Below, piece after piece: positions 1 to 8,636 of a DNA stretch of 32,000 nucleotides. Source of the stretch: Candidatus Electrothrix sp. GW3-4 (lineage in GTDB: Bacteria > Desulfobacterota > Desulfobulbia > Desulfobulbales > Desulfobulbaceae); assembly GCF_037902255.1 (NCBI RefSeq), contig NZ_CP147990.1:3300001-3332000 (forward strand), in the 5' to 3' direction. The notes beneath the pieces were generated by a model. That model did no database searches and had not been told where the DNA came from. It saw nothing but the letters and a program-made list of their open reading frames with translations. The first letter of the stretch is position 1; each line of letters begins with the position of its first letter. Made by a program: the position numbers and the translations under genes.

Positions 1-107
1 ACAATCAGCTCCGAGAGCGTATGGGAAAACATTTTGTCAATACCGCTCGATTCGGGCTGTTGATCCGCAGATGTTGAATTTGGGCTTTGGTCTTGGGAGG
101 TCTTCAT
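1..107 (-). CDS. 5' end of an unidentified ORF running off the left edge (MKTSQDQSPNSTSADQQPESSGIDKMFSHTLSELI...)
   Basis: ATG at 107 on the minus strand, with an in-frame alternative ATG at 116. The frame stays open to position 1. No recognisable motif and a weak RBS. Confidence 0.25.
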   Translation of the reverse strand, partial: MKTSQDQSPNSTSADQQPESSGIDKMFSHTLSELI

Positions 108-312
108 AGGAGTCATGTTCAGCCGTGCAGCAAAATTCTTAGCCGGAATGGAGCGTGACACATTCCCCCGGCCCCGTAGGTTCCCATCAATCATACCGGA
201 GCATAGTCAAAAACCACGCAACAGTAAACAGTCAAGACAAAGCTCTCTTTTGATCCGATTATCTCTCGACAGGCCCTATAAGGTAAAAAAAGGCTCATCT
301 ACAAATATACCA

Positions 313-915
313 TTATTTTCTTTCCTGTAAAGGCGCAATAATATCATGGTGCAAAAGTAAGCTAATGCAGGTATGAAGAGGAAGGCCTACCACATTGGAG
401 CAGGAGCCGCTGATGGAACGCACCAGAAAGCCGCCCTTTCCCTGGATACCATAGGCCCCTGCTTTATCCAGCGGTTCGCCGGTCTGGATATAGGCGGAGA
501 GGATGGCATCACTGCATTGAGCAAAGCAGACCTCAGTGGTCTTGCTCAGGCTCTCGCTACAGTCTCCCTGGACACAACACAGGCACAGGCCGGTGATGAC
601 CTGGTGTTTCTTCCCTTGCAGGCTACGGAGGATCTCCAGGGCATGGCTTGCATCATCGGGCTTGCCAAGAATACGGCCTTCCAGGGTGACCACCGTATCG
701 GCGCCAATAACCCAGGAGCTGGGGTGCTGCCGGGCAATCAGCTCGGCCTTTTCCCGGGCCATCCGGTGGGCAAAGGCAGCGGGCAGTTCTTTATCCAGGG
801 GTGTCTCATCAATATCAGCGACCTGGCTCGTAAAGCAGAGACCGAGGTCAATGAGAAACTGTTGCCGCCGGGGGGATGCCGAGGCCAGGATCAGGGGTTT
901 GCAGGTCTGGAACAT
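313..915 (-). CDS. maf: Maf-like nucleoside triphosphate pyrophosphatase / septum formation protein
   Basis: 200-aa ORF. N-terminal 'LILASASPRRQQ' and C-terminal 'DKAGAYGIQG' are classic Maf family signatures. Confidence 0.9.
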   Translation of the reverse strand: MFQTCKPLILASASPRRQQFLIDLGLCFTSQVADIDETPLDKELPAAFAHRMAREKAELIARQHPSSWVIGADTVVTLEGRILGKPDDASHALEILRSLQGKKHQVITGLCLCCVQGDCSESLSKTTEVCFAQCSDAILSAYIQTGEPLDKAGAYGIQGKGGFLVRSISGSCSNVVGLPLHTCISLLLHHDIIAPLQERK

Positions 916-1239
916 AGAAAACCTCCAGTAGTGGTCCAGAAGAACAGGTGCGTTTATTTATCGACTGCTCTTTATAGGCCAAGACGCCCAAAAAGGCAAG
1001 AGTTGACCGCCCTTACCCTCCTTTTCCTGAAGCGCTATCTTACCGGCTTGCGGTTATTTGATAAAGTAATAAGAAAGATTCCTTTCCCGCATTGCACAGC
1101 TTTTCTTGCCGTTAGAGAACAGGGACTCCATACCTGCTTCGGTCGACCTGCCAGCAGACTATTGGCAAGGATTTACTTGTAGGGCAGGACGATACCCGTT
1201 CCGGGCTGAGCAAGGGGGCTCCTGGGACGGTCGCGTTTA

Positions 1240-3603
1240 TCACACATCCTTGTTCAGCCAATCATCAATCAGGGCATTGAGATTCAGGCCCATCCCCGCA
1301 ACATTGGGTTTCAGCTCCGTGCGCTCATTCACCCGGCGCATTAAGGCCTTTAATCGCCCTTCCTCCTTATCCGCCTGCACTGCAACCCGCATCCGCTCCC
1401 CTTCCTGCTCATTATCGGGATGCACCGCAGCAAGGAGATCCTGGACCCTGTAGACCTGCTCCGAATCCTCGGGGATGTATTGCTCCAGGCCCTTTTCCCG
1501 GTAGGTGAGCAGGGTCTGATAGGGCACGCTGCGTCCGGGATCATCCGGCATGGGCACCCGCTCGCTCACCCGCAGACCCTCAAAGCCGGTATTGATCTCC
1601 CGCAGGGAGAGCCAGAGCAAAGCCAGATAGACCTTGCGCTCCTTACCCGTGACCGCGATACGGATACGCCGGGCCTCGTTGTCCGCCCGCACCACGGCAA
1701 CGGCCTCCAGCTGGGGATGGGCCAGCACCACCCCGGTGCGCCAGCGCAGCTTATCCTTGATTTCCCGGTGCCGTTTAACGATGAAGCGGGGCATGACCGA
1801 AGGCGGTAGGAAGTCGGTATAGTGGAGGACAAAGCAAAGCGCACCGTCGTAGGGGAAATCAAACTGCGGCTGCGGCACGGCCAGCAGTTGGGGAATGAGC
1901 ACCTCTTCGCCGGGCAGCTCGTAGCAGAGCTCGAACTTCTTCATCAGCTCGATGATATAGCGGTGATCGGCCCGCCTATATATATAGGGGTCGTCGTCTT
2001 GAAGCCGGAGTATATCCTTGAGGGCATCCAGCCTGAGCAGGCCCTTGTCTGCGGCCACTGACTCGGCATTGATGATCTTATAGACCGCTCCGGTTACCCA
2101 TTTGGGCTCCAGGACGTGATTATCGTCCAGGCCAAAGTCGCTGAAGTGGATGACAATGCCCAGATCGTGGAGGAATTCAGCCAACACATCCTGCTTGCCC
2201 GCCTCGTTGACCCCGGCATCGACACAGATACCGGTAAAGCATTCATAGCTGATGCATGGCTCGCTCATCTGCTCAAACTTCGCCTTGACCCGAAACCAGC
2301 TCCCGGGCCAGCGGGTATGCACCATAGGTACATTGACCAGCTCCTCCAACAGGGCTTGCTTAAAGGCACGGATACCGTTGCCGGTGCAGCAGGATGTCCG
2401 CCAGAAGCCAGCGATGAAAGGGTATTTCTCCAGCAGGAAAGGCCGGTCAAGATCAAAGCCGGGATTGGTGTCGTATTTATTGAGCACCACCAGCACCGGT
2501 GAACCGCCACCAAAGGACTCGATATAGCGCAGCCAGTATTCGGGCCGCTCATCCCGCCTGCCGTCCAGGACCAAAACATAGAGGCTGCGGCGGGAAAGGA
2601 AAAACTGGTGGGTGGCATGCATGATCTCCTGTCCGCCGAAGTCCCAGAGGTTGCAACGTAGCTCCTGGTCACCGGTGTCCAGCTGCCAGTTCTTGATGCG
2701 GATGCCGTGGGTGGTTTCCTCGTGTTGATTGAAACGCTCGTCCCGGAGACAGCGGGTGAGCGAGGTCTTGCCCGAAGCGCCCTCACCTATAAGGATGACC
2801 TTGACCTCACCAACTATCCGGGTGCCTTCTTCGAGGGCGGCGAAGTATTCATGAATAGCTTTGAATCCTTGAATAGCAAGTTCATAAGGAGGAGAGGTAA
2901 GAGGATTGCGGTAAACCGGAACACTCGTATCTACAGATAATCGGACGATTTGTGGAGACAATTCAATAAACTTATTATCAGAAAGATCAAGATATATAAG
3001 ATTTGTCAGTTGATATACTTCAGAAGGTAATTGAGTTAGATAATTATCGTATAAAACAAGCCTAGCAAGGTGAGTTAATAGGCCAATCTTTGGAGATAAT
3101 GCGACAAGATGGTTATGAGCCAAATAGAGATCAGTAAGATTGGTTAGCTGAAATAATTCCTCAGGCAAAGAGGTTAACCAAAGATCACCAAGTTTAAGGT
3201 TATTGAGATTTATTAATTGAAAGAGTTGCCGAGGAAGCCTTATCTGTCGATTTCCGGTAAGATAAAGTCCAGTAAGGTTATTCAGTTGGATAACATTCGA
3301 AGATAGCTCGGTCAATTGGTTGCCGCCAAGATCAAGCTCTATAAGTTTTGTTAGCTGGAAGAGCTGAGAAGGGAGTTCCGTTAGTTGGTTGCCGGTCAGC
3401 TCAAGTCTAAGCAAATTGTTCAATTGAGCAATATCTGGAGAGAGCTCAGTCAACTTGTTAAAGCTAATATCAAGTTTGGTAAGATTGGTTAATTGAAAAA
3501 GCAGTGGCGGCAATTCGGTCAAGTCTAATCCGTTAAGATCAAGCTCCGTTGCCCCTGTCTCCCTTGCCTCCTCAATCCTCCGCAACGCCTCTTCATACCC
3601 CAT
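1240..3603 (-). CDS. ROCO-family protein: about 9 leucine-rich repeats, Roc (Ras-of-complex) GTPase and COR domain
   Basis: 787-aa ORF. The 23-aa LRR units follow LTELPxxLFQLTNLxxLxLxxNx. P-loop GEGASGKTS, switch II DFGGQE, G4 NKYD, then a long COR-like C-terminal region. GGAGG SD lies about 9 nt upstream of the ATG. Confidence 0.85.
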   Translation of the reverse strand: MGYEEALRRIEEARETGATELDLNGLDLTELPPLLFQLTNLTKLDISFNKLTELSPDIAQLNNLLRLELTGNQLTELPSQLFQLTKLIELDLGGNQLTELSSNVIQLNNLTGLYLTGNRQIRLPRQLFQLINLNNLKLGDLWLTSLPEELFQLTNLTDLYLAHNHLVALSPKIGLLTHLARLVLYDNYLTQLPSEVYQLTNLIYLDLSDNKFIELSPQIVRLSVDTSVPVYRNPLTSPPYELAIQGFKAIHEYFAALEEGTRIVGEVKVILIGEGASGKTSLTRCLRDERFNQHEETTHGIRIKNWQLDTGDQELRCNLWDFGGQEIMHATHQFFLSRRSLYVLVLDGRRDERPEYWLRYIESFGGGSPVLVVLNKYDTNPGFDLDRPFLLEKYPFIAGFWRTSCCTGNGIRAFKQALLEELVNVPMVHTRWPGSWFRVKAKFEQMSEPCISYECFTGICVDAGVNEAGKQDVLAEFLHDLGIVIHFSDFGLDDNHVLEPKWVTGAVYKIINAESVAADKGLLRLDALKDILRLQDDDPYIYRRADHRYIIELMKKFELCYELPGEEVLIPQLLAVPQPQFDFPYDGALCFVLHYTDFLPPSVMPRFIVKRHREIKDKLRWRTGVVLAHPQLEAVAVVRADNEARRIRIAVTGKERKVYLALLWLSLREINTGFEGLRVSERVPMPDDPGRSVPYQTLLTYREKGLEQYIPEDSEQVYRVQDLLAAVHPDNEQEGERMRVAVQADKEEGRLKALMRRVNERTELKPNVAGMGLNLNALIDDWLNKDV

Positions 3604-3641
3604 CGCCTGTTCCTCCGTCCTTGGTTATTCCGCAACCCGTT

Positions 3642-3666
3642 GGGACGAAAAGTCTTTCGCCCCTAC
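3642..3666. repeat. REP-like GC-rich hairpin ending in CCCCTAC (member of the GTAGGGG...CCCCTAC family)
   Basis: The sequence gggacgaaa-agtc-tttcgcccc-tac forms an 8/9-bp stem. It carries the same CCCCTAC end as the elements at 5.2, 19.6 and 22.5 kb. Confidence 0.4.
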
Positions 3667-3730
3667 AATCCCTCATCAATCCCGCACATCACCTACCGAT
3701 CTCTTCCCGTAGGTCCGACCAACCTATGAG

Positions 3731-3960
3731 GGAAGGTCAGCATGAGACACCCTGGTTCCTCTAAGGGAGCAACGAGGGTCCCTCCATCAGAGTAACCCTG
3801 GTCCCTCCATCAGAGTAACCCTGGTCCCTCCATCGGAGCAACCCTGGTCCCTCTGTCGGAGCAACCCTGGTCCCTCTGTCGGAGCAACCAAGGTTCCTCT
3901 ACAAGAGCCACTACGGTTCCTCCATCGGAGCAACCCAGGTTGCTCTGCATAAAGATAGCA
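3731..3960. repeat. Intergenic tandem array, 23-bp unit x ~9-10 (consensus ggtccctccatcggagcaaccct)
   Basis: The anchor ggt(c/t)cctc recurs at 3754, 3777, 3800, 3823, 3846, 3869, 3892, 3915 and 3938, an exact 23-nt phase. Units 2 and 3 are identical and the outer units are degenerate. The array lies between the GT2 stop and the ROCO start. Confidence 0.9.
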
Positions 3961-3988
3961 TGTACCTCTTTGCTGATCACCCTCCTGA

Positions 3989-5188
3989 TCAGGGTCGTTC
4001 CTCCTCCCTGATCTTCACCCGCACCCAGGGCAGAGCCGAAACCTTGTACCGCCGCAGCTCCTCCAGGGAATAAAAGGTGCCGCGCCAATCAACTCCACCC
4101 CGGAGCAGGGTGAGCAACACAGCGCGCCATATAATATAGAGCTTGATATAGGGGGTCACGGGAAACCAGTACAGGCAGCGGAGATCCATGTGAAAGAAGC
4201 GAAGCGACAGGAGCAGGCCGAGCACATTGACAGCTACGATGGCCCCGCAAAGAAGCCGGGGCAGGCCGTCAGCCAGCAGCAAGCCCCAGAGCGGGAGGAT
4301 CTGGGTGGAGAAGACTGCCACAGTCGCGGCAAGGAAGAAGGACAGGCGGTAGTCCAGCAGGGCAAAGGTGTTCTTTTCCAGGCCGCGCACCATCTGGCCC
4401 ACAGTTTGGTACCAATCCACGCTGACAAAGCGACCCCCGAGCAGGCAATCGCAACGGCCGCCGCTGATCTTGGCCATGCGCCCCAGCAGCACGTCATCCA
4501 CCGGACAAAGGCGGATGGGATGATGCCCGCCAAAGCTGTGATAGAAACTCTTCCGTATCATGTTGAAGGCGCCTGCCCCGACATAGAAGCGGGGTCCAGG
4601 CTTGCTGACCAGCCAGGGCCTCAGCAGAGAGAAAAGACTGGCAAGGCTGTCTGCAACCAGCAAGGGCAGCAGTGAGCCAGGCGCGCTCATGCGGAAAAAG
4701 AGACAGAGGTGATCCAGGGTTTGGCTCTGCATACGTGCGGCAGCATGCCTGAGGGTATCCGGGGCAAAGTGGACGTCGGCATCGGTAAAGAGCAGGTATT
4801 CGCCCTTGGCCTGGGCCGCCCCCAGGTGCAGGGCATGATTCTTGCCCAGCCAACCCGCTGGCAGATCTGTGATATGAACCACCCGCAGGCGGGAATGCTC
4901 ACCTGCCATACGGTCAAGAATCTGCGGCGTGGCATCAGTGGAACGATCATCAAGGACGATGATCTCCAGGTTGGGATAATCCAGGGCAAGGACCGAGGTC
5001 AGGGCGGTCTCTATCTCCTGCTCCTCATTGCAGGCCGGGATAATGACGGAGACCTGAGGCAGGGTATCTCCCTCCAAAGGCGGGACATCCTCTAAGCGCA
5101 CCATACAACGATGGGCCAAGTACATATTACGTAACACGGCCAGGGCAATAACAAGAAGACAGAACAGGAACAGGGTGAATAGGGTCAT
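3989..5188 (-). CDS. Membrane-bound family-2 glycosyltransferase
   Basis: 399-aa ORF. N-terminal TM helix, then 'VSVIIPACNEE...LDYPNLEIIVLDDRSTD' (GT2 DxD region), 'PAGWLGKNHAL' and 'FTDADV'. Several C-terminal hydrophobic helices. Confidence 0.8.
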   Translation of the reverse strand: MTLFTLFLFCLLVIALAVLRNMYLAHRCMVRLEDVPPLEGDTLPQVSVIIPACNEEQEIETALTSVLALDYPNLEIIVLDDRSTDATPQILDRMAGEHSRLRVVHITDLPAGWLGKNHALHLGAAQAKGEYLLFTDADVHFAPDTLRHAAARMQSQTLDHLCLFFRMSAPGSLLPLLVADSLASLFSLLRPWLVSKPGPRFYVGAGAFNMIRKSFYHSFGGHHPIRLCPVDDVLLGRMAKISGGRCDCLLGGRFVSVDWYQTVGQMVRGLEKNTFALLDYRLSFFLAATVAVFSTQILPLWGLLLADGLPRLLCGAIVAVNVLGLLLSLRFFHMDLRCLYWFPVTPYIKLYIIWRAVLLTLLRGGVDWRGTFYSLEELRRYKVSALPWVRVKIREEERP

Positions 5189-5208
5189 GCTTCCTCCTTC
5201 GGGTTGAT

Positions 5209-5343
5209 GGTGTTATGTAATCGGTTGGGGCACGGCATGCCGTGCCCGTATAATAACACGTTCAACAGACAACCTGTAGGGGCGCGACCTTTGTATCCGC
5301 CCTTGGATTGTTTCTCCGGGCAGACACGCAGGTCTGCCTCTAC
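5209..5343. repeat. Cluster of three REP-like palindromic elements
   Basis: A 20-bp perfect palindrome gggcacggcatgccgtgccc (5228-5247) is flanked by gtgttat/ataacac. It is followed by gtaggggcgcgacc... and by ccgggcagac-acgcag-gtctgcc-tctac. The cluster sits between the truA stop and the GT2 start. Confidence 0.7.
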
Positions 5344-6137
5344 GAGACCCGGTCCTTCCCTGTCATCTCCTCATAATGGACCTGCTCGAGAAAGAGGCCG
5401 CAGGCCGGGGCGGTCGGGCCAGCCTTTTCCCGATCCTGGGCCGCAAGAATGTCCCTGAACTGCTCCGTACTGAGACGGCCTGTCCCCACCTGGAACAGGG
5501 TTCCGGCCAGATTGCGCACCATGTGGCGGAGGAAGCCGTCACCGGAGAAGCGAAAGGAGAAATGCTCTGGTCGGGCAGGATCAGCAAGGCAGTCAGCCTG
5601 GAACAGGGTACGCACAGCACCTCTTCCCTCGGTCCGGGTACGGTCCCGAGAACCTACGGCCTCAAAGGAGGCAAAGTCATGGGTACCCACCAGGTAATCT
5701 AAACTCGCTTGGAGGAGATCCGACTGAAAGGAGCACGGGTAATGGGTGCGGTAAAGGCGTTCTGCGGGGAGCTGGAGGGGCCCGGTAAAGAAATCGTAGC
5801 GGTAGGTCTTGCCCTGGGCAGCAAAGCGGGCATGGAAGCCTGGGGAGGCCTCCTCGGCCGCAAGGATACGAATATCCTTGGGCAGCATGGAGTTAAGAGC
5901 CTTGGCAAAGGCCGGAGCAGGCATGGTCGCGCCGGTGGTGAAATGGGCCACCATGCCCAGGGCATGCACCCCGGCATCGGTGCGCCCCGCACCATGCACC
6001 GCTACCGGGGCCGTGGTGATGATGCGGAGTTTTGCCTCCAGCTCCCCCTGAATACTCGGCCCGTTCTGCTGCCGTTGCCAGCCGCAAAAATTAGTGCCGT
6101 CAAAGGCAAGACAGAGGCGAATGTTGCGCTGCTGCAT
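5340..6137 (-). CDS. truA: tRNA pseudouridine(38-40) synthase TruA
   Basis: 265-aa ORF. 'LAFDGTNFCGWQRQ' and the catalytic-Asp motif 'GAGRTDAGVHA' are present. Confidence 0.9.
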   Translation of the reverse strand: MQQRNIRLCLAFDGTNFCGWQRQQNGPSIQGELEAKLRIITTAPVAVHGAGRTDAGVHALGMVAHFTTGATMPAPAFAKALNSMLPKDIRILAAEEASPGFHARFAAQGKTYRYDFFTGPLQLPAERLYRTHYPCSFQSDLLQASLDYLVGTHDFASFEAVGSRDRTRTEGRGAVRTLFQADCLADPARPEHFSFRFSGDGFLRHMVRNLAGTLFQVGTGRLSTEQFRDILAAQDREKAGPTAPACGLFLEQVHYEEMTGKDRVS

Positions 6138-6151
6138 ACTTCAGAAAAAAC

Positions 6152-7192
6152 TCAGGGGAAGAAGGGCGCACCCATCAGGCCGCAGGTCTCGGCAAAGCCG
6201 TTCATCAGGTTCATGTTCTGCACGGCCTGACCCGAGGCCCCCTTGGCGACATTATCAATGGCTGACATAACGATGATCCGCCCGGTGCGCTGATCCACCT
6301 TGATGCCGATATCGCAGCAGTTACTGCCCCTGACATGCTGAGTGGCCGGGAAAGAACCTGCTGGACAGACCCGGACAAAGGGTTCAGCCGCATAGGTCTT
6401 CTCGTAGAGCGCCTGGATGGCCTCCTCGCTGGTTCCCTCTTGCAATGGAGCGTACATGGTACTGAGGATACCACGGGAGATGGGGAGGAGATGCGGGGTA
6501 AAGGAGATGGTCACTGGTGTGTCCGCCAGTACAGAGAGCTCCTGCTCAATCTCCGGGATATGGCGATGGGTGCCCCCGACCTTATAGGCCCGGAAACCGT
6601 CCGTGACCTCGCAGAACAGGGTGCCAACAGCGGCAGAACGACCTGCCCCGGAGGTCCCGGACTTGGAATCAATGATCAGGTGGGCTGGATCAATCAGCCC
6701 TTCCCGGAGCAGAGGTGCCAGCCCCAGAGTGATGGATGTGGGATAGCAGCCCGGATTGGCGGTCAAACGGGCCTCTTTCACCTGATCCCGGTACAGTTCC
6801 GGCAGGCCATAGACGGCTTCTGCAATAAACTCTGGACTGGAATGGGGCTGATACCATTCTTCGTAGACAGCAGCATCCCGAATCCGAAAATCAGCACTAA
6901 GGTCCACCACCTTCTTGCCCGCCTTGAGCAAGACAGGCACCAGATCCATTGCCGTCTTATGGGGCACGGCGGCAAAGAAGAAGTCAGCCCGCTCGACCAG
7001 TTCTTCTGGTCCAAGGTTCTCACAGACCAGATCGACCCGCTTGCGCAGGTTAGGGAAGACTTCCGAGAGCGATTTGCCTGCATATTGGCGGGAGGTGGCA
7101 ACGGTCAGCTCCACTTCCGGGTGAGTGGAAAGGATGCGGGCCAGTTCAACACCGGTATAGCCGGAGGCCCCGATGATTCCTACTTTCAGCAT
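6152..7192 (-). CDS. argC: N-acetyl-gamma-glutamyl-phosphate reductase
   Basis: 346-aa ORF. '[15 protein letters not shown]' is the NAD-binding N-terminus. 'ANPGCYPTS' contains the active-site Cys. Confidence 0.9.
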   Translation of the reverse strand: MLKVGIIGASGYTGVELARILSTHPEVELTVATSRQYAGKSLSEVFPNLRKRVDLVCENLGPEELVERADFFFAAVPHKTAMDLVPVLLKAGKKVVDLSADFRIRDAAVYEEWYQPHSSPEFIAEAVYGLPELYRDQVKEARLTANPGCYPTSITLGLAPLLREGLIDPAHLIIDSKSGTSGAGRSAAVGTLFCEVTDGFRAYKVGGTHRHIPEIEQELSVLADTPVTISFTPHLLPISRGILSTMYAPLQEGTSEEAIQALYEKTYAAEPFVRVCPAGSFPATQHVRGSNCCDIGIKVDQRTGRIIVMSAIDNVAKGASGQAVQNMNLMNGFAETCGLMGAPFFP

Positions 7193-7326
7193 AGCGTGTC
7201 CTCAAGTATTATGGGGCAGCAACCCTCGCCTGGGAAGAAGCCCTCAACGATGGACTTATGCCCCTATGCCTTTACAGTGAATGCCTTTGCCCCCAAGGGA
7301 CGAAAGAGCGCCCCGAGTGCTTGGCA

Positions 7327-7364
7327 ATAAAAAAAGGGAATAACGAATCGCTTCGTCATTCCCT
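7327..7364 (-). terminator. Rho-independent terminator downstream of rpsI
   Basis: Read on the minus strand: agggaatgacgaa-gcga-ttcgttattccct, a 13-bp stem with 1 mismatch, followed by TTTTTTT. Confidence 0.7.
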
Positions 7365-7411
7365 TTAACAAATAATGTGAACTGCGCTGAAAAACAGCTG
7401 GTCCCTTCTCC

Positions 7412-7804
7412 TTAACGTTTGGAGAACTGGAAGCGGGCACGGGCGCCACGCTGACCGTACTTCTTACGCTCCTTGGTACGGGAGTCGCGGGTCAGGAGGC
7501 CTGCTTTTTTCAGAGAATCACGGTGCTCAGGATTCAATTCCTGAAGAGCCTTGGAAATGCCATGAACCAAGGCATCAACCTGAGCGGACTTACCGCCGCC
7601 AGCCACTGTGGCCTTGACATCAAACTGCGCAGCAGTTTCTGTCACGGCAAAGGGCTTTTCAACCTTCTGTTCAAAGTAGATATTGCCGAAGTAGCTGTCG
7701 CTTGTTTGCTTATTAACAACAACCTCGCCACTTCCCGGAATAATCCAGACCCTGGCTACAGCACTTTTTCGTTTTCCGGTTGCGTATGTCTGATCCTGCG
7801 CCAT
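7412..7804 (-). CDS. rpsI: 30S ribosomal protein S9
   Basis: 130-aa ORF. 'GKRKSAVARVWI' and the C-terminal '...GARARFQFSKR' are present. Confidence 0.95.
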   Translation of the reverse strand: MAQDQTYATGKRKSAVARVWIIPGSGEVVVNKQTSDSYFGNIYFEQKVEKPFAVTETAAQFDVKATVAGGGKSAQVDALVHGISKALQELNPEHRDSLKKAGLLTRDSRTKERKKYGQRGARARFQFSKR

Positions 7805-7815
7805 ATTAAGCTCCG

Positions 7816-8244
7816 TTAGATATCGAGAAGTTCAGGCTGCTGGGCAGCATGGGGATGTTCGGCACCGGCATATACTTTTAATTTCTTCAGCTGGGCCCGA
7901 CCGAGTTTATTCTTGGGCAGCATGCCTTTTACCGCCATAACAATCAGGTCTTCTGGAGACTGTTCACGAACCTCTTTCGCGGTCCGATCTTTGATTCCAC
8001 CCATATAACCAGTATGGCGATAGTATACCTTATCATCCCATTTGGTACCGGTCAGGTGAACACGGTCTGCATTAACAACTACAACGAAGTCACCGTTATC
8101 CTGAAAATTACAAAAGGTCGGTTTATGCTTGCCGCGCAAACGACGGGCGATCTCTGTCGCGATACGGCCAAGGACCTTACCGTCGGCATCAACCACGCAC
8201 CACTTACGATCAATTTCATCTACCGGCGTATAATACGTTTTCAT
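7816..8244 (-). CDS. rplM: 50S ribosomal protein L13
   Basis: The L13 sequence starts at '[20 protein letters not shown]'. The in-frame ATG at 8244 gives the normal 142 aa. The 178-aa version in the track extends into the tRNA and its terminator. Confidence 0.9.
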   Translation of the reverse strand: MKTYYTPVDEIDRKWCVVDADGKVLGRIATEIARRLRGKHKPTFCNFQDNGDFVVVVNADRVHLTGTKWDDKVYYRHTGYMGGIKDRTAKEVREQSPEDLIVMAVKGMLPKNKLGRAQLKKLKVYAGAEHPHAAQQPELLDI

Positions 8245-8263
8245 GCATGCGCCCCAATGAGTA

Positions 8264-8295
8264 ATAAAAAAAGGTTCGAACGAGGTTCGAACCTT
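8264..8295 (-). terminator. Rho-independent terminator immediately 3' of tRNA-Gly
   Basis: Read on the minus strand: aaggttcgaa-cctcg-ttcgaacctt, a perfect 10-bp stem, followed by a T-run. It lies about 20 nt upstream of the rplM ATG. Confidence 0.7.
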
Positions 8296-8307
8296 GAATT
8301 GTCTAAA

Positions 8308-8382
<75 letters not shown>

Positions 8383-8406
8383 TCATTACGTTGTGAAACG
8401 AACAGA

Positions 8407-8436
8407 TGTTTACCACAGCCCAGCCATTCATGTCAA
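8407..8436 (-). promoter_or_regulatory. Possible sigma70-type promoter for tRNA-Gly (and read-through into rplM-rpsI)
   Basis: Minus strand: a T-rich UP-like run, then TTGACA, an 18-nt spacer, TAAACA, and about 24 nt to the tRNA 5' end. The -10 element is weak. Confidence 0.3.
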
Positions 8437-8636
8437 CAAAAAAAATCACATCAGGTATCTTTCCCTCCTCCCCCCTCTCTCTACAACCGAACAAGTGACA
8501 GAAAACAACTACCTGAGGTTCCCTAAAAAAAAGCCCTTCCCTTGAGTTTCCTCGTATTTTTCCTTCTCCTTTTCCCTCACATGCCGTAATATTATAACGA
8601 GCTTAGATTATTTTAGTTCTTAAGGAGGAGGTCTGC

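Noticed and set aside
115-330. 71-aa plus-strand ORF between the left-edge ORF and maf
   Set aside because: It has no RBS and no motif, overlaps the maf 3' end, and lies in the spacer between two minus-strand genes. It is probably non-coding.
373-1182. 269-aa plus-strand ORF (with 536-931 nested)
   Set aside because: It is entirely antisense to the well-supported maf gene. The composition is Gly/Ala/Pro/Arg-rich, typical of shadow ORFs in GC-rich coding DNA, and no motif is present.
3731-3960. CRISPR array (also considered for 28033-28285)
   Set aside because: The units are directly abutting tandem repeats (23 and 21 bp) with no unique spacers between them. No cas genes or leader are nearby.
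3810-4088. 92-aa minus-strand ORF with a repetitive peptide
   Set aside because: It is a read-through of the 23-bp tandem array. A 23-nt period cannot encode a stable repeat peptide because the frame rotates every unit. The ORF also overlaps the 3' end of the GT2 gene.
5204-5458. 84-aa plus-strand ORF (…VGARPLYPP…GQTRRSAS…)
   Set aside because: It is a translation of the REP-like palindromes plus the antisense of the truA 3' end. The peptide is the typical artefact these repeats generate.
6335-7330. 331-aa plus-strand ORF
   Set aside because: It is antisense to argC along its whole length, with no recognisable domain.
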